Made by a program: the position numbers and the translations under genes
In this document: positions 24,457 to 32,000 of the stretch, piece by piece
Numbering within the stretch: the first letter of the stretch is position 1
Layout: every line of letters begins with the position of its first letter
Assembly: GCA_002716085.1 (NCBI GenBank)
Contig: PAYZ01000001.1
Coordinates: forward strand, 1-32,000
Length of the DNA stretch: 32,000 nt
Reading direction: 5' to 3'
DNA from: Methanobacteriota archaeon
GTDB taxonomy: Archaea; Thermoplasmatota; Poseidoniia; Poseidoniales; Thalassarchaeaceae
The notes under the pieces: generated by a model
What the model was told of the DNA's origin: nothing
Seen by the model: only the letters and a program-made list of their open reading frames with translations
Database searches by the model: none

Positions 24457-25589
24457 TGGGGATGAAATTGGGCGATAATGTCAAAGTGACAATTTTCGGT
24501 GAGAGCCATGGGAAGTGCGTAGGGGCCCTAGTGGAAGGGATTCCTCCTGGGACGCCAATAGATTTGGAAGCACTATCCAGGGACCTTTCAATGAGAAAAC
24601 CCGGGAAGAGGGGCCTTTCTTCAAGACTAGAGTCTGACGAGTGTGAGATACTTTCCGGAGTCTATCAGGGAAAGGCAACAGGTTGGCCTCTATTGATGGT
24701 GGCCATGAACTCTGATGCCCGCCCTTCCGATTACCAGTTTCTTCCAGATCACCCTCGCCCAGGACATGCAGATCTGGTTGAGGCAATTTGGTCCAAAGGT
24801 TCCTTTGATCCCAGAGGAGGGGGGTCCCATTCGGCTAGGCTAACCTTGGGAATAGTAGCAGCTGCAAGCCAAGTTAGAACAATCCTGGATGAATCAGGAT
24901 GGTCTTGCTGCGCACATCTAAGCAGAGTAGGAGAAGCTTCTTCGAAGCCACTATTTCATTTGGATAGGGAAAGCCCCATCCCCGAAGGATCCGCTATGTC
25001 CAGACTAAATTGCAGAGATCCGGAAGCAGCGGAAGAAATGGAAGCACTCATCAGACAAATCCGCAAAGAAAAGGATACTATCGGCTCTGTCGTAGAACTT
25101 CTCATAGAGGGATTGCCAATTGGGCTTGGTGAACCTTGGTTCGATGGAATTGAACCCTCTCTCGCTAGGGGATTGATGGCAATCCCAGGAGCTAGAGCTG
25201 TAGAATTCTCGAACGGAATTGGGGCCTCTATGTTGAGGGGGTCGGAAAATAATGATATGTGGTTGCCAGGAAAAGAAACACCAAGACTACAGGGATCGGA
25301 TATAGGGGAAGCAGACGGAGCTTTGGGAGGCAGATCAACTGGAGCACCCATTAGGGCACTGATTCATTTCAAACCACCTAGCAGCATTCCCCGGGAGCAG
25401 ACAACCCTACATCTGCCTAGTAACGAGATTAGGCCTTTGAAGGTGGGAGGGAGGCATGATCCGGTTATAGGTCCAAGAGCAGCTCCAGTAGTCGAGGCAA
25501 TTGCAATGTTGGTAATCTCTGATTTGGGAGTAATGGGAGGCTTTCTGGAAAGTACTATGTCCGGCTCTCAAGGTAATGCTGAATCCTGA
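24456..25589 (+). CDS. aroC: Chorismate synthase.
   Basis: Motifs FGESHG, MRKPGKRG, RPGHAD, GGGSHSAR, GLGEPWFD and GGRHDP are present. The ATG overlaps the upstream TGA (TGATG at 24454-24458), and GAGGAGG lies 8 nt upstream. Confidence 0.93.
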   Translation: MGMKLGDNVKVTIFGESHGKCVGALVEGIPPGTPIDLEALSRDLSMRKPGKRGLSSRLESDECEILSGVYQGKATGWPLLMVAMNSDARPSDYQFLPDHPRPGHADLVEAIWSKGSFDPRGGGSHSARLTLGIVAAASQVRTILDESGWSCCAHLSRVGEASSKPLFHLDRESPIPEGSAMSRLNCRDPEAAEEMEALIRQIRKEKDTIGSVVELLIEGLPIGLGEPWFDGIEPSLARGLMAIPGARAVEFSNGIGASMLRGSENNDMWLPGKETPRLQGSDIGEADGALGGRSTGAPIRALIHFKPPSSIPREQTTLHLPSNEIRPLKVGGRHDPVIGPRAAPVVEAIAMLVISDLGVMGGFLESTMSGSQGNAES

Positions 25590-26481
25590 GTGGCAAGTTT
25601 ATTGCGAACATTGAAGCTATGACAGCGAAAACCAGAATCGTACCAAGAGCTACGCCGTATACGCTTGTCAGCTCTACGCTTTCCTCGAGTCTATTTGCTG
25701 CAACTGGGTCGATGATTCCAACAAAAAGTGGAACTATGAAATTGATGAATAAAGTCAGCATTGCAACGATAGATGCGACCGCAGGAGTGTAGCCCAATGC
25801 AGTCCTGTATCTTCTTGAAATGTTGTTAACATTCATCACGTAAACTTCTCCAGTTCTTATAGAAGTGTCAAGCATTGAGAAGCGAATTACGCCACTTGAG
25901 ATTTCTATGAAGACAACTAGGATTACCGCATATAGGATAAGAAGCAACTTCTGAACCGCTTCGTTTTCGGGAAGGAAGCTCAGTCCAAACTCGACCTTGC
26001 TACCGGCGAATCTAATTGTAACCAGAATTAGAGCTACGTAAGAAATTAGCATTGCCCGCTGGTCTCGTTGGTATACGCCATAGAAACCCCCAAACATTCC
26101 TGTCAGAATTAGAATCATGTGGATCCAAAAACCCAGAAAACCTATTCCAGCCATATTCGCAATTGCGAACCATGCAGTGCCTGAAACCGGAGTTAGCATG
26201 AATGTGAGGAAGCACAGTAATAGAAGGGCTGCTGACGACCACATCTGTAGAGTTAGAACCATCCTATTTGGTGGAACGAACTCACGATTGACTAGTATAG
26301 GCCCACCAAAGATAGTCTCAATCCAACCTGGAATCTCCGCTTCAGGCACTGCGTCATCGGGAATTCCAGTTTCTCTTTTTATCGTCCCTGCGGCCTTTTT
26401 CCTACTTGGAGCAGAAGATCGTACAACCTTGCCCTCGTACAGATGGGAGGTATCGACCGGCCCCTTACTCTCTTCAGCCAT
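25555..26481 (-). CDS. Polytopic membrane protein (about 6-7 TM), unknown function. It is the last gene of the MoxR/DUF58 cluster.
   Basis: A charged N-terminal region of about 60 aa is followed by repeated hydrophobic segments (AALLLLCFLTFMLTPV, AIANMAGIGFLGFWIHMILILTGMF, MLISYVALILVTI, LLLILYAVILVVFIEI, AVASIVAMLTLFINFIVPLFVGII, YGVALGTILVFAVIASMFAI). It starts 9 nt after the DUF58 stop. Confidence 0.7.
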   Translation of the reverse strand: MAEESKGPVDTSHLYEGKVVRSSAPSRKKAAGTIKRETGIPDDAVPEAEIPGWIETIFGGPILVNREFVPPNRMVLTLQMWSSAALLLLCFLTFMLTPVSGTAWFAIANMAGIGFLGFWIHMILILTGMFGGFYGVYQRDQRAMLISYVALILVTIRFAGSKVEFGLSFLPENEAVQKLLLILYAVILVVFIEISSGVIRFSMLDTSIRTGEVYVMNVNNISRRYRTALGYTPAVASIVAMLTLFINFIVPLFVGIIDPVAANRLEESVELTSVYGVALGTILVFAVIASMFAINLPLRIQHYLESRT

Positions 26482-26490
26482 AATTTACCC

Positions 26491-27810
26491 TCAGAAACCT
26501 CTGGCCCCGGCCAATGCAGTAAATAGGAGCATGTCAGGCTCCCAATCCATTACGTAAGCCCCAAGCCCTCTCAATTCAGTCATCAGAATGTCGCGTTCTG
26601 TCTTCAGAACCTCGTATCCAGTCCTATCTATCCTCCTCGCATCGAACTCAAACTCTAGACTGCTAGGCGACAAAACAGTGACTTCGAAACTCCTAGCTCT
26701 AAGGTCTCTAACTGCATCCACAATGGTCGGATCGTCCTCCAAGGGGGAGAGGATGACTATTGGACTCCCCCTATGGATATGCGGCATTATCCTATTTGTT
26801 ACAATCTTTAGTGGCGTATTTCCTTTTGCCATAGCACCAGCAAGCTTTGTGAGGATGATGTAAAGCTGCTTCTTTCCTGTGTCTCTGTCTACGGAGACTA
26901 TCTCGTCACCATAAACCACTAGGCCAACAGAATCCCTTCTTGAAAGGAAGTACTGGGAAAGACTAGCTGCAGCCCTAGTGCTGAAAACTAATGAGTTCCT
27001 GCTTACAGGACCAGTCTCGCTAACTGCTCTGCTATCGACGATTAGAATAACATCGCTAACTGCGTCCCTTTCAAATTCGTTAACCATCATTTTTCCATCC
27101 TGTCTAGCTGTGGCCTTCCAGTTAATTTTCCTCATTGGATCTCCTGGGAGATATTCTCTAAGGTTATAGAAGTTAGAACCCTCTCCAGGATTCCGAATAT
27201 TAACAGCACCAGTGAAGATTTTTGGAACACGACTCTTGATCATTGCATCCTTGATGTCTTCCATCTTCGGGAATACTAGGAAGTCGTCATAGAGTTGAAT
27301 TTCCTTCTCATTGTGGAAGAGCCCCAATTCGTCTTGAACCCTAATGCATACAGGACCTATGGTGTAGAATCCCCTCAGTGGAGTCTCAATGGTGTAGGAA
27401 ATCTCGGTCTCCCTATTTGGCCCTATTTCCATTAAGACATAGTTTGCCCCTTTTTTGATTCTCATGACCTCTGGAACTCGGTCTCTTAGTTCCAAGACCT
27501 TTGCCATTCCAGAACGATTCTGTATTCTTAGGGTTACATCGATCTCTCCATCTTCGAATACTCTAGATGACGAAGTCTTCCTCATTGCAATAATACTCTG
27601 GAGTTGCACCCCCTCATCCAAATTCGTCTCCTCAATCCTCCTACCTGTGGAGGCAACATCCCCATGAGCCGTTCTAAGAGCCGCCCAAGTCAGAAATGAA
27701 AGTAGTACAACTGCTACAGTAACCAGTTGCTGGTTGCGTAGAACCAATCCGAGAAGGTACATCGCAATAGACAGAGATCCAAACATCGCTGACTTCCGGC
27801 TCCAGGCCAT
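26491..27810 (-). CDS. DUF58-family protein (2 N-terminal TMs, beta-sandwich, vWA-like domain).
   Basis: Hallmark motifs are LREYLPGDPMRKINWKATARQDGKMMVNEFERD and then ILIVDSRA.... The N-terminus has TMs FGSLSIAMYLLGLVL and VTVAVVLLSFLTWAAL. GGTGGGAGG lies directly upstream of the ATG. Confidence 0.85.
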   Translation of the reverse strand: MAWSRKSAMFGSLSIAMYLLGLVLRNQQLVTVAVVLLSFLTWAALRTAHGDVASTGRRIEETNLDEGVQLQSIIAMRKTSSSRVFEDGEIDVTLRIQNRSGMAKVLELRDRVPEVMRIKKGANYVLMEIGPNRETEISYTIETPLRGFYTIGPVCIRVQDELGLFHNEKEIQLYDDFLVFPKMEDIKDAMIKSRVPKIFTGAVNIRNPGEGSNFYNLREYLPGDPMRKINWKATARQDGKMMVNEFERDAVSDVILIVDSRAVSETGPVSRNSLVFSTRAAASLSQYFLSRRDSVGLVVYGDEIVSVDRDTGKKQLYIILTKLAGAMAKGNTPLKIVTNRIMPHIHRGSPIVILSPLEDDPTIVDAVRDLRARSFEVTVLSPSSLEFEFDARRIDRTGYEVLKTERDILMTELRGLGAYVMDWEPDMLLFTALAGARGF

Positions 27811-27828
27811 CCTCCCACCTCTGCATCT

Positions 27829-28893
27829 TCAGACGGTCGGCACGTTTGCGGCATTCTTTCCGTGCAGGATGTCTCGGATTATCTCTCCGTTCTCCAGTCC
27901 CTTAATTTGATGCTCCGGCTTGAGTATTAATCTGTGAGCAACAGCAAGCTCTGCAATCGACTTCACGTCATCAGGAGTCACGAAATCTCTACCTCGCATT
28001 GCGGCCACAGCTCTACTGGTCTTCAGTAAGGCTTGGGAACCCCTAGGGGATGATCCAACCAGAACTCTGGGATCCTCTCGGGTCCTAGCTACAATGTCAA
28101 CCATGTACTCCCTTACAGACCTGTCCACATAGACTTCCTCGCATGATTGTTGCATTTTCACAACGATGCTAGGGTCTGTAATGCTGTTCACGTCAACGTC
28201 ATCTTTCTTTCTCTCGATCCTCCTCTGGAGAATCTCATTCTCGTCAGTCCTATCAGGATACCCAACCATCATCTTCATCATAAAACGGTCAAGTTGGGCT
28301 TCAGGTAGAGGGTAAGTCCCCTCCTGCTCCACGGGGTTCTGAGTTGCCATTGTTAGGAAAGGAGAAGGTAGCTTGTGAGTCACTACTCCAATCGTTACCT
28401 GCTTCTCCTGCATGGCCTCTAGAAGTGCTGCCTGAGTCTTTGGAGGGGCCCTGTTAATCTCGTCGGAAAGAAGTAAGTTACAGAATATGGGCCCCGGCTT
28501 AAACGTAAACTCACCTTTCTTAGCGTCATATATGTTTGTTCCAGTAATATCTGCTGGGAGAAGGTCGGGTGTGAATTGAACCCTCTTGAAATCACAACCC
28601 AGTGCATCTGCGAATGTGTTGGTCATCAGAGTTTTTGCCAGACCAGGGAAGTCCTCGAATAGCAGGTTCCCATTTGAGAGGATATCCACCATCACATTGT
28701 CAATCACGTGGGATTTTCCAATGATCACCTTCTGAACCTCGGTGCTAATTGCCTGACCCATCGCCCCTGTTGCTGACAATACTTCGTCTATCTTGCTTGT
28801 TCCACGTGCCTCTTGGGCCTTCTTTGCTAGCGCCGCTTCCTGTCCTCCTGGCTGTTGTGCAGGCATCCCTTTTGCTGGTTGTGTTTCGCTCAT
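27829..28893 (-). CDS. MoxR-family AAA+ ATPase.
   Basis: Motifs are LLFEDFPGLAKT (Walker A), LLSDEINRAPPKTQAALLEAMQE (Walker B/sensor), ATQNPVEQEGTYPLPEAQLDRF and SPRGSQAL. The ATG at 28893 has GGAG 8 nt upstream and is preferred to the TTG at 28914. Confidence 0.92.
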   Translation of the reverse strand: MSETQPAKGMPAQQPGGQEAALAKKAQEARGTSKIDEVLSATGAMGQAISTEVQKVIIGKSHVIDNVMVDILSNGNLLFEDFPGLAKTLMTNTFADALGCDFKRVQFTPDLLPADITGTNIYDAKKGEFTFKPGPIFCNLLLSDEINRAPPKTQAALLEAMQEKQVTIGVVTHKLPSPFLTMATQNPVEQEGTYPLPEAQLDRFMMKMMVGYPDRTDENEILQRRIERKKDDVDVNSITDPSIVVKMQQSCEEVYVDRSVREYMVDIVARTREDPRVLVGSSPRGSQALLKTSRAVAAMRGRDFVTPDDVKSIAELAVAHRLILKPEHQIKGLENGEIIRDILHGKNAANVPTV

Positions 28894-28910
28894 AATTACA
28901 TCTCCATTTT

Positions 28911-30536
28911 TCAATTATTTTTTCCCCATCGCCTGATGGCTTGCATCAGCTTGCGCAACTCTTGAGGGGTGTACGTCCGGCTTTGGCTATAAGCCAATTC
29001 CACAAGCCTAGGGTCCCCAATCATTGCTTGAACTTCGGGAGGAGGCCTCTGAGCCATCTCATCCCGAGTTAGATCATGGTGGATTCTTACCTTTGTTAGA
29101 AGCGCTCTTCTAACTCTATCACGATAAGAGCTCGGGTCTAACTTCTCCGGTCTCTGATTGAACTTTGTGAGGTCAAAAACATGTCTCCAGTTCTCTTTCT
29201 CCGGAATCACCATCATTGCAACTAGGAGAAGCAGTCCAACGTTTAGGACAACTAACCACTTCAGAAACTCGTTTGAAGTTAAGAGGACTATAGTCCCCAT
29301 TGTCTCCACGAAAGGCGCGGAGATGACTCCTGTAACATGTCTGCTCTCGTCGAAAACAATCTGGAAATTACCCATATCAGCCTTAATGGGGGCAGATAGG
29401 TTGACATTGTCAAACTCCATCATATCGTAAATTAATAGCTTGAAATACCTCTCATTTCCGCCCCAGTCGTTGTTATTGAGAATCTCCTGAGTCCAACAGT
29501 TGTTCCTCGTATATTCTCCTATTGCCGAACAATCGCTGCTCAGACCCTGCTCCCTTGCATCATCCAATTCCCACAGTAAATTCGAGAAAGACTCTTCATC
29601 TGAAACGAATACAATGCTTCCAGTAACTTCAAGCTCACCTACTCCGGAAGAGAAAGCAGTCCTGTCTTCTGAGGGAACTTCATCGAATACCTTGATTCCC
29701 GGGTAGTCAAACCTCATCATTAGCCTGAGGTCACCCGGGGCAGGATTCTCGGGGTTGGTTGCATCACCATCTCCTGCAATATCGATGAATGCCGAAGATG
29801 ACGCCTTGCCCAATGTGAGTATAACTCTATGATTAGGTTGCTCGATGTCCTTCAGAATTGGTTCAAACTTCAGACCCGTAGGGGATTTGTACATTACAGG
29901 AAGCCTACAATCTTTCAATCCATCGGGATTCTCGATTTGGAAAGGAGTGCAGCCTTGCATCAGGGCCCCAGGCGACATTTTGTCTATATCTTGAGCTATT
30001 GGAGAAGCACTCCATACATTCTCCCAGTCAATAATTTGCTGACCGGAATCAGAGTACACCCAATGTTGCTTCTCATCCATCAGATCGTCATTGAAGAACG
30101 TCACACCGAACATATTTGCCAGCCTGTTTGCGTTGGTGTTGTCCGATGCAACAATTACCTTGCCACCCTTCTCAGTTACGAATTTGAAAATCTCATCTGC
30201 TTCAGTCTCATCAATTGGCTTCTCGGGGCCGATTATTGCTAGAAGGCTTCTATGTGGGTCCTTCCAGTCATTCACAAGCATTGGTGTTGACATGGTGTTG
30301 GCTACTAGGTAATCCTCCTCCACAAGTGAGTCTCTCATATCCGAGACTTGGAACAATTCCCTATCTTCGTAGGCCGAGTATGCAGTCTCCTTTCCCATAA
30401 CAAAGAACATTGGCATTACTAACAGAAGCGAGGCAGTAATCACCAGAGAATAGAATACAGACTTGTTGAATCTAACCTCGCTATTTTTTTCCTCAGGCAC
30501 CACACCCAACCCCTTTCCAGATGGGCCTAGGCCCAT
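28911..30536 (-). CDS. Bitopic membrane protein with a large external domain. Tentatively DUF4350-like, the usual partner of MoxR/DUF58 in archaea.
   Basis: An N-terminal TM (VFYSLVITASLLLVMPMFFVM) is followed by an external domain of about 400 aa containing FVTEKGGKVIVASDNTNANRLANMFGV. A second TM (WLVVLNVGLLLLVAMMVI) and a basic cytoplasmic tail follow. A TATA-like ATATAA (minus strand, 30566-30571) lies 30-35 nt upstream of the ATG. Confidence 0.6.
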   Translation of the reverse strand: MGLGPSGKGLGVVPEEKNSEVRFNKSVFYSLVITASLLLVMPMFFVMGKETAYSAYEDRELFQVSDMRDSLVEEDYLVANTMSTPMLVNDWKDPHRSLLAIIGPEKPIDETEADEIFKFVTEKGGKVIVASDNTNANRLANMFGVTFFNDDLMDEKQHWVYSDSGQQIIDWENVWSASPIAQDIDKMSPGALMQGCTPFQIENPDGLKDCRLPVMYKSPTGLKFEPILKDIEQPNHRVILTLGKASSSAFIDIAGDGDATNPENPAPGDLRLMMRFDYPGIKVFDEVPSEDRTAFSSGVGELEVTGSIVFVSDEESFSNLLWELDDAREQGLSSDCSAIGEYTRNNCWTQEILNNNDWGGNERYFKLLIYDMMEFDNVNLSAPIKADMGNFQIVFDESRHVTGVISAPFVETMGTIVLLTSNEFLKWLVVLNVGLLLLVAMMVIPEKENWRHVFDLTKFNQRPEKLDPSSYRDRVRRALLTKVRIHHDLTRDEMAQRPPPEVQAMIGDPRLVELAYSQSRTYTPQELRKLMQAIRRWGKNN

Positions 30537-30607
30537 TCAGCAAATTCGCGAATAGCAAATCACGGTTATATGTTCCTGACCATAGCTCGTTTTCTGATGA
30601 TCTGACA

Positions 30608-31564
30608 CTATTCCAATGTCTCCCAATCGTGTATTTTCGACCTAGGGGATAGTATCGCAAGAATAAATGAAAAGCCAACGAACATAAATCCCGGTGCTGG
30701 CAGGTTGGACTGAATAGAATCTTCAATCGATTCAGACTCTTCATCATCATCACTGGAGGGGCTTCCAGTAGGCGGGGGTTCAACCGAAATCCTTGCTTCA
30801 TCTGTTGAATATACACTTTTACCGTGATTCATAGCCATCTTCGAGTGAACTGTAACCGTAACATCGCAGTTCCTCCTCGGATGGCTTTCAGAGGCAGAAA
30901 CCCTCAGATCTGCATCCTTTGATTTACCCAGACCGATGTTTCCGACCAACAGGGAATCGAGGCCATTGTCTGTCGTTAGCAGAGGGCAGTCATCATCTAC
31001 TTCGATCTCGCCAACCCCATCTTCTGAATTGCCATTGTTCCTCACAATAACTGTCAGTATGGTATCTGTTCCGGCGTTTATTGGTCCGAACGGATCAGAA
31101 ATGTCCACCGATAAATCATAGATAACAGGAATCTCAAGGTCACCCTCTCTGCTCTTAGAAGAGCCCAATGGATCGGGAACTCCCTGCCGAGCAATCACTG
31201 TCGCAGAAATAGAAATCTTCTCTGTTTTTCCAGCTTCAAAAGAAAAAACGTCAATCTCGCTAATCACTAACTCGAAAGTTTCGTTTGTTCCAGATTGAAT
31301 AGTCTCACTTTCGGTGCCTTCGTGCTTTCCTGAAAATGGAATCTCGTACGAAAACTCAACCGTAATCTCGGTCACTCCCGAATTCTCAACAAAGAAGCCC
31401 ACCTCGACTGAACCTTCTTCAGAAAGAAGGAAGGAGTTAGTCGAGTCTTCCTCGGGATAATTTATGCCCAACTCCCAAGAGTCCAACTCTTGAGCCTTTG
31501 ATTGAGTGATGCCGAAAACTGAGAGCATCAATATCGTCCCAATCAGGATCGAAATCAACCTCAT
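30608..31564 (-). CDS. Secreted CARDB-like beta-sandwich protein with a PGF-CTERM archaeal sorting signal.
   Basis: Signal peptide MRLISILIGTILMLSVFGITQSKAQE. CARDB-style segment LSVDISDPFGPINAGTDTILTVIVRNNGNSEDG. Ser/Asp/Glu-rich linker. P291-G-F293 (codons checked at 30686-30694) is followed by MFVGFSFILAILS and PRSK. Confidence 0.8.
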   Translation of the reverse strand: MRLISILIGTILMLSVFGITQSKAQELDSWELGINYPEEDSTNSFLLSEEGSVEVGFFVENSGVTEITVEFSYEIPFSGKHEGTESETIQSGTNETFELVISEIDVFSFEAGKTEKISISATVIARQGVPDPLGSSKSREGDLEIPVIYDLSVDISDPFGPINAGTDTILTVIVRNNGNSEDGVGEIEVDDDCPLLTTDNGLDSLLVGNIGLGKSKDADLRVSASESHPRRNCDVTVTVHSKMAMNHGKSVYSTDEARISVEPPPTGSPSSDDDEESESIEDSIQSNLPAPGFMFVGFSFILAILSPRSKIHDWETLE

Positions 31565-31568
31565 TTGA

Positions 31569-32000
31569 CTAGCTCACCACTAGGTCCCTGCAAGCTCTCT
31601 TCGTTAAGACCTTCACCATCTTTCTTCGGTATGGGGGGGAGAACCACGTATTCTGAACTGGTTTCACAGCTTTTCGAATTGACTCTGCTAGCTCATCAAC
31701 TGAGTCCTCGCCATTCCAATCTGATAGTGCATTCTCAGACTGCTCGATATGAAGGCTAGGGACTGACTCCAATCCAGTAGTAGCTACTCTCAAGTCGGCC
31801 GGCCTGCCATCTTGTCCACATTTCCAAAGCACGGCCACCCCAGCTTCAGGAAAGTCCCAAGAATCCCTTTGGCTAAGCTTCTGGTAGTCTCCACACCAAT
31901 CTTCTGAGCCATCGGGTATTGTAACATGTGTAACCATCTCTCCTTCTTTGAGAACATTTCGAGTCATTCCATCAAGTTGGAAGAAGTCATTCAGAGGCAT
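31569..32000 (-). CDS. C-terminal part of a CoxM/CutB-type FAD-binding (medium) subunit of a molybdopterin (xanthine-dehydrogenase-family) enzyme. The 5' end lies outside the window.
   Basis: YQKLSQRDSWDFPEAGVAVLW...LRVATTGLESVP...SPPYRRKMVKVLTKRA matches the CO_deh_flav_C pattern. Only 143 aa are present, and the reading frame runs into the window edge. Confidence 0.65.
   Translation of the reverse strand: MPLNDFFQLDGMTRNVLKEGEMVTHVTIPDGSEDWCGDYQKLSQRDSWDFPEAGVAVLWKCGQDGRPADLRVATTGLESVPSLHIEQSENALSDWNGEDSVDELAESIRKAVKPVQNTWFSPPYRRKMVKVLTKRACRDLVVS

Noticed and set aside
25555-25589. A 35-nt convergent overlap between the 3' ends of aroC and the 308-aa membrane protein gene.
   Set aside because: Both ORF ends are plausible and short convergent overlaps are common in compact genomes. 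Nothing indicates a functional element beyond shared termination.
6253-28914. Longer N-terminal extensions given by the ORF track (6253, 6708, 15580, 21802, 22622, 28914, 4438).
   Set aside because: Several use TTG or GTG codons without an SD, or overlap the upstream gene substantially. Internal ATGs lie directly after the upstream stop and/or behind GGAGG-like sites, or behind a TATA-like box in the case of 15661.
30544-30553. A 10-bp palindrome, ATTCGCGAAT, upstream of the DUF4350-like gene.
   Set aside because: Palindromes with 5-bp half-sites are expected dozens of times by chance in 32 kb, and there is no supporting context.
1-32000. Apparent GC heterogeneity. Hand counts of single 60-nt lines gave 22/60 at 1021, 26/60 at 5041, 34/60 at 241, 32/60 at 12001 and 35/60 at 28001. 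This hints that the 992..7613 block is more AT-rich.
   Set aside because: The spot counts are too noisy and are confounded by amino-acid composition (Gly/Asp-rich repeats). A proper sliding-window GC and codon-usage calculation is needed before claiming horizontal transfer.

Overview
The window is almost fully coding: about 24 CDS and 2 tRNA genes. I found no rRNA, CRISPR array, integrase or transposase. The gene content points to an archaeal chromosome segment: ADH synthase plus DHQ synthase II, a GHMP-type shikimate kinase, a PGF-CTERM sorting signal and widespread GGAGG Shine-Dalgarno sites. It is probably a planktonic marine euryarchaeote (MGII/MGIII-like), but that is inference only.

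Gene order, left to right:
- 2..7613 (+): a co-directional candidate iron/haem locus. It holds a putative iron-binding secreted protein, a 792-aa anchored glycoprotein, a FecB/FecCD/FecE-type ABC importer, a flavodoxin and a HugZ-type split-barrel+DUF2470 protein.
- 7626..8630 (-): bacterial-type gpsA.
- 8731..8951 (+): two tandem tRNA-Leu genes, identical except for the anticodon arm.
- 8952..15503 (-): a 2183-aa surface protein combining a subtilisin domain, two 7-bladed RCC1 propellers, Cys-rich ephrin-receptor-like modules, thrombospondin-type-3 Ca-binding repeats and a TM anchor. A perfect 10-bp inverted repeat covering its Shine-Dalgarno site lies just upstream.
- 15661..21000 (+): an unknown polytopic membrane protein plus a MacB/FtsX-type ABC pair.
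- 21009..25589 (+): xth, then a partial archaeal shikimate operon (aroA'-aroB'-shikimate kinase-aroC).
- 25555..32000 (-): the 3' end of a coxM-like gene, followed by a PGF-CTERM CARDB-like surface protein, a DUF4350-like membrane protein, a MoxR ATPase, DUF58 and a polytopic membrane protein.

All family assignments come from motif recognition by eye. No searches were run.
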